A stretch of 58,918 nt of DNA, filler included, from a bacterium UBP13_UBA5359 (GCA_002410925.1; 5 parts of 5 records of this genome joined end to end with filler, not necessarily neighbours in it); one strand, 5' to 3'; counted from the first letter of the whole stretch, positions 20,167 through 29,541 are shown. Notes: generated by a model from the sequence alone, not told the origin. Program-made: numbers and translations.

Positions 20167-21648
20167 ATGGAGGTAATGATGCGATATCTTGCTTTTGATC
20201 TTGGCGCTGAAAGCGGCAGGGCAATAGTTGGAACGGTGGAGAACGGCAGGCTCTTACTGGAAGAGGTATACCGTTTCCAAAACAGGCCATTGCTGGTACA
20301 AGGGCATCTTCACTGGGATGTATACCGCCTCTTTGAGGAGTTGAAATTTGGTCTTCAGGCAGCTACGGCAAAATACAAGGATATAGTGAGCCTGGCCATA
20401 GATACTTGGGGTGTGGATTTCGGCCTGCTTACGGAGGGCGGCGTTCTGATTGGGTTGCCCATGATGTATCGCGATCCCATAACCGAGGGTATTCCGGAAG
20501 AGGTCTACAATCTGATATCTCGTGAAGAGCTCTATCGCATATCGGGTTTACAGACCATGCGTTTTGATACGCTCTTTCAACTATATGCCCTGGAAAAGCG
20601 ATCTCCCGGGTATCTTAAAATTGCTCGCAGCCTATTATTTATGCCCAATCTTTTGGGTTATCTCTTTACCGGCCGGGGTGCAGCCGATCTTTCCATCGCC
20701 TCTACCAGTCATTTTTATAATCCGTCGCTTCATCGATGGGAGACCGATCTTTTGAAACGGTTGGGATTGCCGGCTGATATCCTTCCAGGCCTGGTCTATC
20801 CCGGGACTATTATCGGTCCTCTTCTTGAAGAGATTGCCAAGGAGTGCAATGCCTCCGGTATGGAGCTGATATGTGTTTGCTCTCATGATACCGCCAGCGC
20901 CGTGGTCTCTGTACCGGCGCAAGATGAGCGCTGGGCATATATCAGCAGCGGCACATGGTCATTAATGGGAGCTGAATTGGAGAGGCCCCTGATAAGTGAT
21001 GAGGGGATGAAAGAAGACTTTACCAACGAAGTAGGCTATGGAGGAAGTATACGTTATCTTAAGAATATAGTCGGATTGTGGTTGTTGCAAGGTATCAGGC
21101 GTTCGCTTGGGAGCAGAGGAATTCAGATATCCTACTCCGAGATGGTGGAAGCGGCTGAAAGGGCGGTTCCCTTACAAGCTCTTATCGATGTCGATGATCC
21201 CGATTTCATGAATGTGGGCGATATGATGGATAAGGTAGATGCCTTCTGCCGCAGAACGGGGCAGGCTCTTCCTGAGGGAGCGGGGGGGTATGCCAGATGC
21301 GTATTGGAGAGCCTGGCTCTCAGATATCGTGAGGTTATGTCCCTGTTGAAAAAGCTTACCGGAACGGATTATGATACTCTGCATATCGTAGGAGGCGGTT
21401 CCAAGAACGTCATGCTTGATTCCTTTACTGCTTCAGCCTGCGACGTACGGGTACTGGCAGGACCGGATGAGGCTACTGCAGCCGGCAATATACTGACCCA
21501 GGCAATAACCCGGGGAGAGATAGCTTCTCTGGCAAATGCGCGGGAGGTAGTCGGTAATTCCTTTGATCTGATAGAGTATCTGCCGCAGAATCCGAAAATC
21601 TGGGACAGAGCCTATGAGAAATACAGAATATTAAGGGAGAGGATTTAA
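20167..21648 (+). CDS. rhaB: rhamnulokinase-like FGGY carbohydrate kinase (start may be 20176/20179)
   Basis: YLAFDLGAESGR, IDTWGVDF, HDTASAV, ISSGTWSL.G.E, FTNE, KNIVGLW. Confidence 0.85.
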   Translation: MEVMMRYLAFDLGAESGRAIVGTVENGRLLLEEVYRFQNRPLLVQGHLHWDVYRLFEELKFGLQAATAKYKDIVSLAIDTWGVDFGLLTEGGVLIGLPMMYRDPITEGIPEEVYNLISREELYRISGLQTMRFDTLFQLYALEKRSPGYLKIARSLLFMPNLLGYLFTGRGAADLSIASTSHFYNPSLHRWETDLLKRLGLPADILPGLVYPGTIIGPLLEEIAKECNASGMELICVCSHDTASAVVSVPAQDERWAYISSGTWSLMGAELERPLISDEGMKEDFTNEVGYGGSIRYLKNIVGLWLLQGIRRSLGSRGIQISYSEMVEAAERAVPLQALIDVDDPDFMNVGDMMDKVDAFCRRTGQALPEGAGGYARCVLESLALRYREVMSLLKKLTGTDYDTLHIVGGGSKNVMLDSFTASACDVRVLAGPDEATAAGNILTQAITRGEIASLANAREVVGNSFDLIEYLPQNPKIWDRAYEKYRILRERI

Positions 21649-21649
21649 A

Positions 21650-22411
21650 TTGAAGAGGGAGCAAATAGCAGCGCAGCTGTACACCATTAGGGATTATCTT
21701 AAGACACCATCGGATATTGCTGCCAGCCTGAAAAGAGTCAGAGATATCGGATATCAGGCGGTGCAGATATCGGGAATGGGGCCGATAGAGCCGGCGGAAT
21801 TGAAAAAAATAACCGATGACCTGGGATTAAAGATCTGTAACACCCATATAGGTTACCAGAGAATGGAAGAGGATCTGGCCGGCGTTATTGAAGAGCATCG
21901 AATTTACGGGTGTCGTTATATAGGTATCGGCGGTTTGCCGGTTGAATATCGTAATGCAGACGGCTATCACCGCTTTGCCGTAGCCGCTTCAAAGATTGCC
22001 GCTGCTTTAGCGGCCGAGGGGTTTATCTTTATTTATCATAACCACAGCTTTGAACTGGAGCGATATGGAGAGAGAACGGGATTGCAGATACTCTATGAAG
22101 ATAGCGATCCGACCGTCTTTATGGCCGAAATAGATGTTCACTGGATACAACGTGGCGGTGCCGATCCGGCCGCTTGGATTCGATATCTGTCCGGCAGGGT
22201 CCCGACCGTTCACCTTAAAGATATGGCGATTCTGGATAACGCCCCGATCATGGCGGAAGTCGGAGAAGGCAACCTCAACTGGGAGGCTATTCTTTCTGCT
22301 TGCGAAGATGCAGGGGTGGAATGGTATATCGTGGAGCAGGATGAGGATTTTAAGGAAGATCCCTTTGCAAGCTTAAAAACCAGCTACCAGAATCTTCTGC
22401 GTATGAGCTGA
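21650..22411 (+). CDS. sugar phosphate isomerase/epimerase (xylose-isomerase-like TIM barrel)
   Basis: QLYTIRD, YHNHSFE, EIDVHW, HLKD, VEQD. Confidence 0.9.
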   Translation: MKREQIAAQLYTIRDYLKTPSDIAASLKRVRDIGYQAVQISGMGPIEPAELKKITDDLGLKICNTHIGYQRMEEDLAGVIEEHRIYGCRYIGIGGLPVEYRNADGYHRFAVAASKIAAALAAEGFIFIYHNHSFELERYGERTGLQILYEDSDPTVFMAEIDVHWIQRGGADPAAWIRYLSGRVPTVHLKDMAILDNAPIMAEVGEGNLNWEAILSACEDAGVEWYIVEQDEDFKEDPFASLKTSYQNLLRMS

Positions 22412-22433
22412 AAGATAGAATAGTAAAAGCCAT

Positions 22434-22472
22434 GAAAGGGCTGTCCTCCCTGCCAGGGAGGACAGCCCTTTC
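22434..22472. terminator. bidirectional hairpin terminator between convergent genes
   Basis: Perfect inverted repeat GAAAGGGCTGTCCTCCCT-gcc-AGGGAGGACAGCCCTTTC. Confidence 0.85.
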
Positions 22473-22498
22473 CAGTTAAAGGTTATCGAGCAGAGCAT

Positions 22499-22780
22499 TT
22501 ATCTGATAGCCAGGACATCACACTCACGCATAATGAGGTACTCTTCTTCCTCCACTTTAACTTCAGTGCCGCTGTATTTGGCGTAGATAACGATATCGCC
22601 GATCTCTATTTCCATTGGACCCCGCTTCCCGTTCTCCAGTAGCTGACCGCTGCCTACAGCAACAACTTCACCCTCCTGCGGCCTCTCTCTGGCTGTATCG
22701 GGCAGGACAATGCCGCTGACGGTCATCGCCTTCGCCTTCGCCGGTTTAACTACGATGTGATCTCCCAAAGGTTGAATCAT
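22499..22780 (-). CDS. groES: co-chaperonin GroES (stand-alone)
   Basis: MIQPLGDHIVV, SGIVLPDTA.E.PQEGEVVAVG.G, KYSGTEVK; SD GGAGGTG. Confidence 0.95.
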   Translation of the reverse strand: MIQPLGDHIVVKPAKAKAMTVSGIVLPDTARERPQEGEVVAVGSGQLLENGKRGPMEIEIGDIVIYAKYSGTEVKVEEEEYLIMRECDVLAIR

Positions 22781-22912
22781 TGAGCTTACACCTCCCAGGA
22801 TTCCAAACCTACAAATGCAGCTTAATATTGAATTATCAGCATTAAGCTTGCCAAGTTTAAAAAAACGCTTGCTAGGGAATAAGGCTATAGCATGGCTATG
22901 CGTTAACGACAT

Positions 22913-23755
22913 ATGGTGGAGCGTTTTGTGGTTTATTTTCTTTTCATATTAGTCATCATCAGTCGCATAGCGACCTTCGGAAGATTACATGGCGTCAGCT
23001 CCGATGAGTATTTTTATACTCTTGTAGGAAGAGAGATCCTGGCATCAATTACCGGTGACCAAATAGATCTCAAAATCATCGATGCTCTGCATCCGCCTTT
23101 ATTTCCATATATACTGGCCTGGATATATAGATTGGCAGGAGAGAATACTATCGAAACAGGAAGAATTCTGGGGATAGCTCTCAGTCTTGGTGCCGTAATA
23201 TTTTTCTACAAAATAACGCTGCTCCATTTCAAATCTTCCCGGCAGGCATTGTGGGCTACAGCGCTATTTGCTTTCATTCCAGCTCTTTGGCGCGATGCCG
23301 ACAGGGTATGGGCGGATAATTTGGCGCTCTTTCTGATAACGGTTGCTATCTATGCGGTTTGCTTGAGCTTCCGTTTTAATAAGGGGCGATACTGGTTGTT
23401 TGCATGGCTGCTTCTGGCTGCAGCTACACTGACCAAGGAATATCTTGGAATCGTATTGCTGCCGGCATTTCTAGTTGCAATAATCTTATGGGCTTGTAAG
23501 AGCAGCAATAGGAGCTACGGCTTTATGCTGGCTGGTGCTATGCTCTTTATGCCGGTAATAGCGGTGGTTTGGCAATTAAAGCTCTCTGGATGGCCTAGAG
23601 CAGGCTATCTGGAGCAGATGCTCTCACCTGCACTGCTTGCACAAAGAGGCTCTTATCTTGGCATAGGAGGACCGAATTTACGTAAACTGTATGTTCAGAA
23701 TCTTAATCAGCGTGATTTTCCCTGGTCATATATTCTTCTAGGAGCCCAGTGCTAA
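22913..23755 (+). CDS. GT-C (ArnT/PMT-like) membrane glycosyltransferase, possibly truncated
   Basis: DE motif after TM1, HPPL, multiple TM helices, LTK; short for the family and ends 5 nt from the contig end. Confidence 0.7.
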   Translation: MVERFVVYFLFILVIISRIATFGRLHGVSSDEYFYTLVGREILASITGDQIDLKIIDALHPPLFPYILAWIYRLAGENTIETGRILGIALSLGAVIFFYKITLLHFKSSRQALWATALFAFIPALWRDADRVWADNLALFLITVAIYAVCLSFRFNKGRYWLFAWLLLAAATLTKEYLGIVLLPAFLVAIILWACKSSNRSYGFMLAGAMLFMPVIAVVWQLKLSGWPRAGYLEQMLSPALLAQRGSYLGIGGPNLRKLYVQNLNQRDFPWSYILLGAQC

Positions 23756-23760
23756 AGGCG

Positions 23761-23860
23761 NNNNNNNNNNNNNNNNNNNNNNNNNNNNNNNNNNNNNNNN
23801 NNNNTTAATTAATTAANNNNNNNNNNNNNNNNNNNNNNNNNNNNNNNNNNNNNNNNNNNN
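23761..23860. other. artificial contig linker
   Basis: N-run with TTAATTAATTAA (six-frame stops) at 23805-23816. Confidence 0.98.
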
Positions 23861-24290
23861 TATAGAGGACAGCATGAGCGTCAATGTGAAGTACAGCAGG
23901 GGAGCCCTGCTCAGCTACTCTCTGATAGCTCACAGCCCCTATGAAGGATACAAGGCCAGTATCAGCGGCACTAAAGGCAGGCTGGAGGTGGCTGAATACC
24001 ACAGCGGAACACAGGCCGGCGAGCCGGCCTACTATTTTAACCTGTATGACAGGCAGGGTAGAAAGATAGAATATACTGTGCCCAAGGCGGCCGGCGGCCA
24101 TGGCGGCGGTGATGAAAAGCTCAGGCGGATGATCTTTGAAGGCGGCATTCCCGATCCTTTGGGGCATCAAGCGGGGTCCTTTGCCGGAGCTGTATCTATT
24201 TTAATAGGCATAGCTGCCAATAAGTCCATCAGGGAGGGGCGGAATATCCGCATCAATGATCTTCTTCCTCTGGATAAATATCGCGGATAG
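23861..24290 (+). CDS. Gfo/Idh/MocA-family oxidoreductase, C-terminal fragment
   Basis: YSL.AHSPYEGY...GTKGRLE...GGHGGGD...GIAANKSI; 5' end cut by the linker. Confidence 0.75.
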
Positions 24291-24365
24291 CAAAGGGGCA
24301 ACAGCCGTTAAATTTTGAATTATCATAAATATCTCAAGCTACTTGATTGAACAGAGAAGAGCTTG

Positions 24366-24420
24366 ATAAAGGCCGGATCAACAGCTTTTGCAATAAGAGC
24401 TGATGATTCGGCCTTTGTTT
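24366..24420 (+). terminator. long hairpin, probable terminator
   Basis: AAAGGCCGGATCA.CAGCTTTT / AAGAGCTG.TGATTCGGCCTTT followed by GTTT. Confidence 0.65.
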
Positions 24421-24442
24421 ATCTCCTTATGCTTTCGTTGTA

Positions 24443-24471
24443 TTGACAACAGAGGCAGCCGGTTATATAAT
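24443..24471 (+). promoter_or_regulatory. sigma70/sigmaA promoter
   Basis: Exact TTGACA-17bp-TATAAT. Confidence 0.85.
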
Positions 24472-24490
24472 TAAACTACAATGAATAGAG

Positions 24491-24505
24491 TTCAATAATA
24501 TTGAA
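24491..24505. promoter_or_regulatory. candidate IclR operator
   Basis: Perfect palindrome TTCAATA-A-TATTGAA between the promoter and the iclR start. Confidence 0.6.
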
Positions 24506-24518
24506 ATGGTGGCTGAAA

Positions 24519-25265
24519 ATGCAGATTATCAATCGCATATTTAATATACTGGAGTTTGTTGCTGAAGATCCCGATAATCCCAGGTCTCTGAGTGAGATTG
24601 CGGCCCGGGCAGGCCTTAACCCGCCTACCTGCGCCAACATAACCAAAGGGTTGGTAAAACGAGGGTATCTGGAGCAGATTGCACCTAAAAAGGGATATAT
24701 CCTCGGCCCTATGCCATATTATCTGGCTAGAAATGGTCAATATCGCAAGGACCTGGTCTCTTTGGCATATCCTTTTATGAGCGAACTGGCCGATTCTTTA
24801 CAGGAAACAGTTCAGATAGCGGTTATGAGAGATACAAATATATTTATACTTCATCAGATACAGGGTAACCAGTCGCTGCAGGTCAGAAGCGACTTATTAA
24901 TGCATCGTAATATCTACCAGACTGCCACCGGCAGGCTGCTGCTGGCCTTCTCTTCTAAAAAACAGATAGAAAAGTATATTTTGGAACATAGCTTGCCCGG
25001 CAATGCCTGGCCGGAAGCTGAAACGGCAGAGAAGCTCCATGCGGCTTTACAAGAGATAAAGTCATCCGGATGCAGCTATGTTATCAAAGATTCTCAGGTA
25101 GCCGGTGTGGCCTGTCCTATTCGAGAAAAGGAGAGAGTAATTGCGGCAATAGGCGTTTATTTACCGGCTTTTCGTTTTGAAGGAAAGCAAAAAACCTTCA
25201 TAATAGAGAAGCTTTGTGAAACGGCTGCAGCTATCGGCAGACAGCCGCAAAAGCGAGATAATTAA
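24519..25265 (+). CDS. IclR-family transcriptional regulator
   Basis: N-terminal HTH (LSEIA..AGL..PTC), TATGRLLLAF, GVACPI. Confidence 0.92.
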   Translation: MQIINRIFNILEFVAEDPDNPRSLSEIAARAGLNPPTCANITKGLVKRGYLEQIAPKKGYILGPMPYYLARNGQYRKDLVSLAYPFMSELADSLQETVQIAVMRDTNIFILHQIQGNQSLQVRSDLLMHRNIYQTATGRLLLAFSSKKQIEKYILEHSLPGNAWPEAETAEKLHAALQEIKSSGCSYVIKDSQVAGVACPIREKERVIAAIGVYLPAFRFEGKQKTFIIEKLCETAAAIGRQPQKRDN

Positions 25266-25299
25266 ATAAAGGTTCGTTTATCGGAAAGGAGTGTCGAAT

Positions 25300-26217
25300 A
25301 TGAAAGATTTTACTTTAACTATCAAGGAGTATGCCCGCAGTCAGGGAGCAGATCTGATCGGTGTAGCACCGATAGAGCGCTTTTCGGAGGTTCCGCCGGC
25401 GCACAATCCCATCTCCATCTTCCCTGAGGCAAAATCAGTTTTAATGCTGGGACGGCGTATCCTGAGGGGCGCCCTGAGGGGGATGGAGGAAGGCACTAAT
25501 CTACATGATTACGACGCTTACGGTTATACCTGGCTTGAGAGAGAGTTCATTCCCCTGCTTGTTTACCGGATGACACAATTTTTGGAGGACAGAGGCTGGG
25601 AAGCAGTGCCTCTTTATCCCTACCCTGTGGAAGTTATGCCGGAGGGCATACCCGTGGCTACAGACAGGCCGGCACCCAACGTCACGGTCGATTTTAATCT
25701 GGCAGCGGTGGCGGCGGGGCTGGGCGAGATAGGTTACGCCGATCTCTTTCTGTCGCCGCAATATGGACCCAGGCAGCGTTTCGGTATGATTATCACCGAT
25801 GCCGATTTGGAAGCTGATCCGCTCTTTGAAGGAACTATCTGCGGCCAATGCGGCCAATGTGCTAATGATTGTCCGCTGGGGGCCTTGGCTGGAGAGAAGA
25901 TCGTTGGTATTGCCGGCAGAAGCTTTACCGTCGCCAGGGTAGATTATGAAATGTGCGCGCGCTGTAAGAACGGCGCCTTGCCGAATACCTTTCATCCGGA
26001 AGGTCATGCGGACCGTCTGGGAGCTCTCTGTATGAGGACATGCATTCATCAGTTGGAAGCAGCCGGCAAGGTAAAGGACAATTTCGGGCAACCTTTTCGC
26101 AAGCGTACTCCCTGGAAGAGAGACAGCCTGAGCAGAGTAACCGTGCAGGGTGAACCTTTGCCGCAAAGGGGCTGTTTCGATGCTGGAAAGTCGGTGGCCG
26201 GAGGTGAAAAAAAATGA
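25300..26217 (+). CDS. QueG/reductive-dehalogenase-like Fe-S (probably cobalamin) protein 1
   Basis: GADLIGVA, P..IFPEAKSV, AAVAAGLGEIG, P.YGPRQRF..IITDA.LE.D, CGQCGQCANDCP, CARC, CMRTC. Confidence 0.75.
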   Translation: MKDFTLTIKEYARSQGADLIGVAPIERFSEVPPAHNPISIFPEAKSVLMLGRRILRGALRGMEEGTNLHDYDAYGYTWLEREFIPLLVYRMTQFLEDRGWEAVPLYPYPVEVMPEGIPVATDRPAPNVTVDFNLAAVAAGLGEIGYADLFLSPQYGPRQRFGMIITDADLEADPLFEGTICGQCGQCANDCPLGALAGEKIVGIAGRSFTVARVDYEMCARCKNGALPNTFHPEGHADRLGALCMRTCIHQLEAAGKVKDNFGQPFRKRTPWKRDSLSRVTVQGEPLPQRGCFDAGKSVAGGEKK

Positions 26218-27422
26218 AAACGGCAATGGCCGAAAAGCTTAACTCGGCAAAAATAAAGGAGTGGGCGGCTGCATATGGCCTGGACGGATGCGCCATCGGG
26301 CCGATGAGCCGCTGGGAGGGTGCGCCGCGGCAGATGGATCCACGTTTCATATTTCCGGAAGCCAGGTCGTTTATCGTGGTCATGGGGCGTATCCCTCGAG
26401 GCGTCTATCGCGGAATCGAAGAGGGCACCCATTGGCCCAATTACACTTTTTATGGCTATAACCGTCTTAACACACTCTTCGTACAGAACGCTCTCTATGA
26501 TCTGGCCTGCCGTATAGAGGATGCGGGGTATGAGGCTGTACCTCATTACCCTGGCGTTGCGGAGGTACAGCCGGTAGAGCCGCAGTTACGGCAGGGTGCT
26601 CCGGCTCCTCAGGTAACGGCTCAGNNNNNNNNNNNNNNNNNNNNNNNNNNNNNNNNNNNNNNNNNNNNNNNNNNNNNNNNNNNNNNNNNNNNNNNNNNNN
26701 NNNNNNNNNNNNNNNNNNNNNNNNNNNNNNNNNNNNNNNNNNNNCCGGCTCCTCAGGTAACGGCTCAGGTCCGTATTGCCGGAATTGCAGCCGGCCTGGG
26801 GCAGGCAGGGCATTCCAAGGTCTTTCTGACTAAACGGTTAGGTCCCAGGCAGCGGTTGGCCATGATTTTGACGGATGCAGAATTGGAATACGATCCGATT
26901 CAGGCTCAGGATCTTTGCGATGAATGTATGCTTTGCCATGCTCAATGTCCCGGGGCCGTTCCCGGCAAAGAGAAGAAGATCCATATAAATATAGAGGGGC
27001 ACGATATTTCCTGGGGCGATGTCCATATGGGCAAATGTACTCTGACTCACCATGGCCTCAACAAAGAGATAGATCCATTTCTACATCGGGATTTCCCCGG
27101 TCTGGATATAAAAGTGCGGGAGGCCGATGGAGTCAGCGAAGAAGAGGCCTATCGTTTGACACATATACTGGCAGCCGGAAAGTTTCGCAAAAGCAAACAG
27201 TTCCCGTGCGAACGGGCTATGGGCTTTACCGGAGCCGTAGGCTCAACTCTTGGTTATCGGGCGGTGTGCGGTGCCAGAGGCTGTATTCGCGCTTGCATGA
27301 TGCATCTGGAGAAGAAGAAGAAAATTGAAAACCTTTTCCATAATACGTTTCGTAAGCGGCCGATGTGGCATCTGCCCGGGCCATTGAAAAGCGCTCCCAG
27401 GCCGGAAGATCAGGTGGAATAG
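26214..27422 (+). CDS. QueG/reductive-dehalogenase-like Fe-S protein 2 (contains a spurious N gap; about 354 aa once closed)
   Basis: P.FIFPEARS, AAGLGQ.G, GPRQRL..ILTDAELEYD, CDECMLCHAQCP, CGARGCIRAC; paralogous to protein 1; ATGA overlap. Confidence 0.75.
   Translation: MKTAMAEKLNSAKIKEWAAAYGLDGCAIGPMSRWEGAPRQMDPRFIFPEARSFIVVMGRIPRGVYRGIEEGTHWPNYTFYGYNRLNTLFVQNALYDLACRIEDAGYEAVPHYPGVAEVQPVEPQLRQGAPAPQVTAQXXXXXXXXXXXXXXXXXXXXXXXXXXXXXXXXXXXXXXXXPAPQVTAQVRIAGIAAGLGQAGHSKVFLTKRLGPRQRLAMILTDAELEYDPIQAQDLCDECMLCHAQCPGAVPGKEKKIHINIEGHDISWGDVHMGKCTLTHHGLNKEIDPFLHRDFPGLDIKVREADGVSEEEAYRLTHILAAGKFRKSKQFPCERAMGFTGAVGSTLGYRAVCGARGCIRACMMHLEKKKKIENLFHNTFRKRPMWHLPGPLKSAPRPEDQVE
26625..26744. other. spurious scaffold gap
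   Basis: 24 bp at 26601-26624 are repeated exactly at 26745-26768; collapsing them keeps the frame. Confidence 0.9.
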
Positions 27423-27476
27423 AGGGAGGGGCAGTCCAAAGGCGCCGAAAGAGGTCATGTTTGGCCGCCATTGCCC

Positions 27477-27513
27477 GGGGGTATCATCGATAAGGGTGAT
27501 ACCCCTTTTATTT
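27477..27513 (+). terminator. intrinsic terminator immediately upstream of the gap RBS
   Basis: GGGGTATCATC-gataag-GGTGATACCCC followed by TTTTATTT. Confidence 0.7.
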
Positions 27514-27531
27514 GCAAAGGAGGAGAACAGT

Positions 27532-28542
27532 ATGGCGCTGAAAGTAGGAATTAACGGATTCGGCCGCATAGGACGCCTGGTATTCAGGGCAGGTTTGGAT
27601 GAGGAAGAGCTGGAATTTGTAGCCATAAACGATCTGGCAGATGCTGAAACTCTGGCTTATTTGCTGCAATTCGATTCCGTTCATGGTGGATTCATGGGAG
27701 AAATTGAAGCAAAAGACGGTTCCATCATGGTGGACGGTAAGGAAATAGAGGTGCTGAGCGAAAGAGAACCGGGCAAATTGCCCTGGAGTGAGATGGGGGT
27801 GGATTTGGTAATAGAGGCCACCGGGTTTTTTGAATCGCGAGAAAAGAGTCTGCCGCATATCGAGAGTGGTGGTGCTAAAAAGGTTATCATTACCTCCCCG
27901 GCCAAGAATGCTGATTTGACCTGTGTGATAGGGGTCAACGAGAACCTCTACGATTCACAGAAGCATATGGTCGTCTCCACTGCTTCCTGTACTACCAATG
28001 CTCTGGCTGTGCCGTTAAAAGTTATCAATGATCGATTAGGGGTAGTCAAAGGCTTTATTAATACGACCCATTCTTATACTAACAGCCAGGCTCTGCTGGA
28101 TTCGCCCAAGGGCAAGCTGCGCCGCAGCCGAGCGGCGGCTGTTAACCTGGTCCCCACCAGCACGGGAGCAGCCCGTACTATCGGTCTGGTTATCCCGGAG
28201 CTGGAAGGCAAGATGGATGGCCTGGCTGTCAGGACTCCCACGCCGGCCGGCTCGATTATCGATATCACCTGTCAGGTCAGCCGGGAAAGCAGCGTCGATG
28301 AGATCAACGATATACTTATGGAGGCCTCCTCGCAGGAAGGTATGGAGGATGTGCTTTTTGTTGCTAACCAGGAGCTGGTATCCAGTGATATCGTGGGCTC
28401 GTATTACAGCAGTATCATTGATGCTTCATCTACTATGGTCCTGGGAGATATGGTCAAGGTAATGGCCTGGTATGATAACGAATGGGGATACTCCTGTCGT
28501 GTAGTGGATATGGCTCTGGTTATGGAAGAGAAGGGTATCTGA
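27532..28542 (+). CDS. gap: type I glyceraldehyde-3-phosphate dehydrogenase
   Basis: GINGFGRIGR, ASCTTN, PTSTGAA, WYDNEWGYS; SD AAGGAGG. Confidence 0.95.
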   Translation: MALKVGINGFGRIGRLVFRAGLDEEELEFVAINDLADAETLAYLLQFDSVHGGFMGEIEAKDGSIMVDGKEIEVLSEREPGKLPWSEMGVDLVIEATGFFESREKSLPHIESGGAKKVIITSPAKNADLTCVIGVNENLYDSQKHMVVSTASCTTNALAVPLKVINDRLGVVKGFINTTHSYTNSQALLDSPKGKLRRSRAAAVNLVPTSTGAARTIGLVIPELEGKMDGLAVRTPTPAGSIIDITCQVSRESSVDEINDILMEASSQEGMEDVLFVANQELVSSDIVGSYYSSIIDASSTMVLGDMVKVMAWYDNEWGYSCRVVDMALVMEEKGI

Positions 28543-28543
28543 T

Positions 28544-29107
28544 ATGCTGGAAATAAGGTGGCACGGGCGCGGCGGGCAGGGGGTAGTGACGGCAGCTAAA
28601 ATGCTGGCTGCTGCTTCCCTTCGTGAAAAGAAGTATTTCCAGGCTTTCCCCGAGTTCGGCCCTGAGCGTCGGGGAGCGCCGTTACAGGCCTTTACCCGAA
28701 TTGATACGATTCCTATAAGAATATATTCACATGTAACCATGCCTGATGCTGTAGTGGTAATGGATGATACACTGATCGGCCATACTCCGTTGACGGAGGG
28801 GCTGTCGGAGGAGAGCCTGCTGATAGTTAATTATAATCGCTCTCCCGGCGAATTGAGAAGCAGATTGAAAATGCAGACGGGACGCCTTTTTACTGTCAGG
28901 GCTACAGGGATCAGCCTGGCCAATATCGGGCGTCCGGTTACCAATACCGCCATGCTCGGCGCTCTGCTCAGTGTATGCCCGGCTGTTTCCTGCCGGGCGG
29001 CGGAAGAGGAGATACGCCATACATTGGCCGGCAAAATAAAGGCTGAATTGGTGGAGGCCAATATCCTTTCTTTCAAAGAGGCCTTCCGGGAGGTGAAGGG
29101 AGAATGA
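28544..29107 (+). CDS. porC: pyruvate/2-oxoacid:ferredoxin oxidoreductase gamma subunit
   Basis: EIRWHGRGGQG.VTAA, FPEFGPERRGAP, NTAMLGA. Confidence 0.92.
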   Translation: MLEIRWHGRGGQGVVTAAKMLAAASLREKKYFQAFPEFGPERRGAPLQAFTRIDTIPIRIYSHVTMPDAVVVMDDTLIGHTPLTEGLSEESLLIVNYNRSPGELRSRLKMQTGRLFTVRATGISLANIGRPVTNTAMLGALLSVCPAVSCRAAEEEIRHTLAGKIKAELVEANILSFKEAFREVKGE

Positions 29108-29541
29108 AAGAACGGGACGATATGTGTCATATCTACGAGGCCGATTGTCGCCAGGAATATGGCGGCGAAAAGGTCGGTTGGAGAAATTTACCCATGGGCG
29201 CCGTCATCACTGAACCCGGTAGCGCTCAGCGTTATACTACCGGCAATTGGCGGGCAGAGAGAGCCGTATGGCTGGAGGATAAATGCATCCAATGCTTTCT
29301 TTGCTGGGTACACTGTCCTGATAATGCCATTATAGCCGTAGATGGGCAGGTTAGAGGTATAGATTATTTTTTCTGCAAGGGCTGTGGTATCTGCGACCAG
29401 GTGTGCCCGGTAGATGCCATATATATGGTACCTGAAAGCGATATTGAAGCTACAGAGCGGACGGAGGTGGCTCCCGGCGATAGTATCAGGAGCCTGGAAC
29501 CTGATGGCGTGGATGCCGCTAGAAAGGAGGGTGGTCAATGA
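29104..29541 (+). CDS. porD: pyruvate/2-oxoacid:ferredoxin oxidoreductase delta subunit
   Basis: [30 protein letters not shown]. Confidence 0.92.
   Translation: MKERDDMCHIYEADCRQEYGGEKVGWRNLPMGAVITEPGSAQRYTTGNWRAERAVWLEDKCIQCFLCWVHCPDNAIIAVDGQVRGIDYFFCKGCGICDQVCPVDAIYMVPESDIEATERTEVAPGDSIRSLEPDGVDAARKEGGQ

Noticed and set aside
26207-26217. A8 run at the ATGA overlap of the two Fe-S genes (possible -1 frameshift fusion)
   Set aside because: GGAGGTG-A-rich-ATG is an ordinary RBS layout and translational coupling explains it; no clear stimulator was seen
26601-26768. 24-bp direct repeat flanking an N gap inside the second Fe-S gene (possible insertion with target duplication)
   Set aside because: The same 24-bp overlap pattern occurs at the porA gap and collapsing restores a continuous ORF, so it is a k-mer overlap scaffolding artefact
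27429-27476. Resemblance of CAAAGGCGCCGAAAG to a c-di-GMP-I riboswitch
   Set aside because: It lacks the GGCAAAC...GAAA...GACGCAAAG two-stem consensus; kept only as an unassigned structured leader
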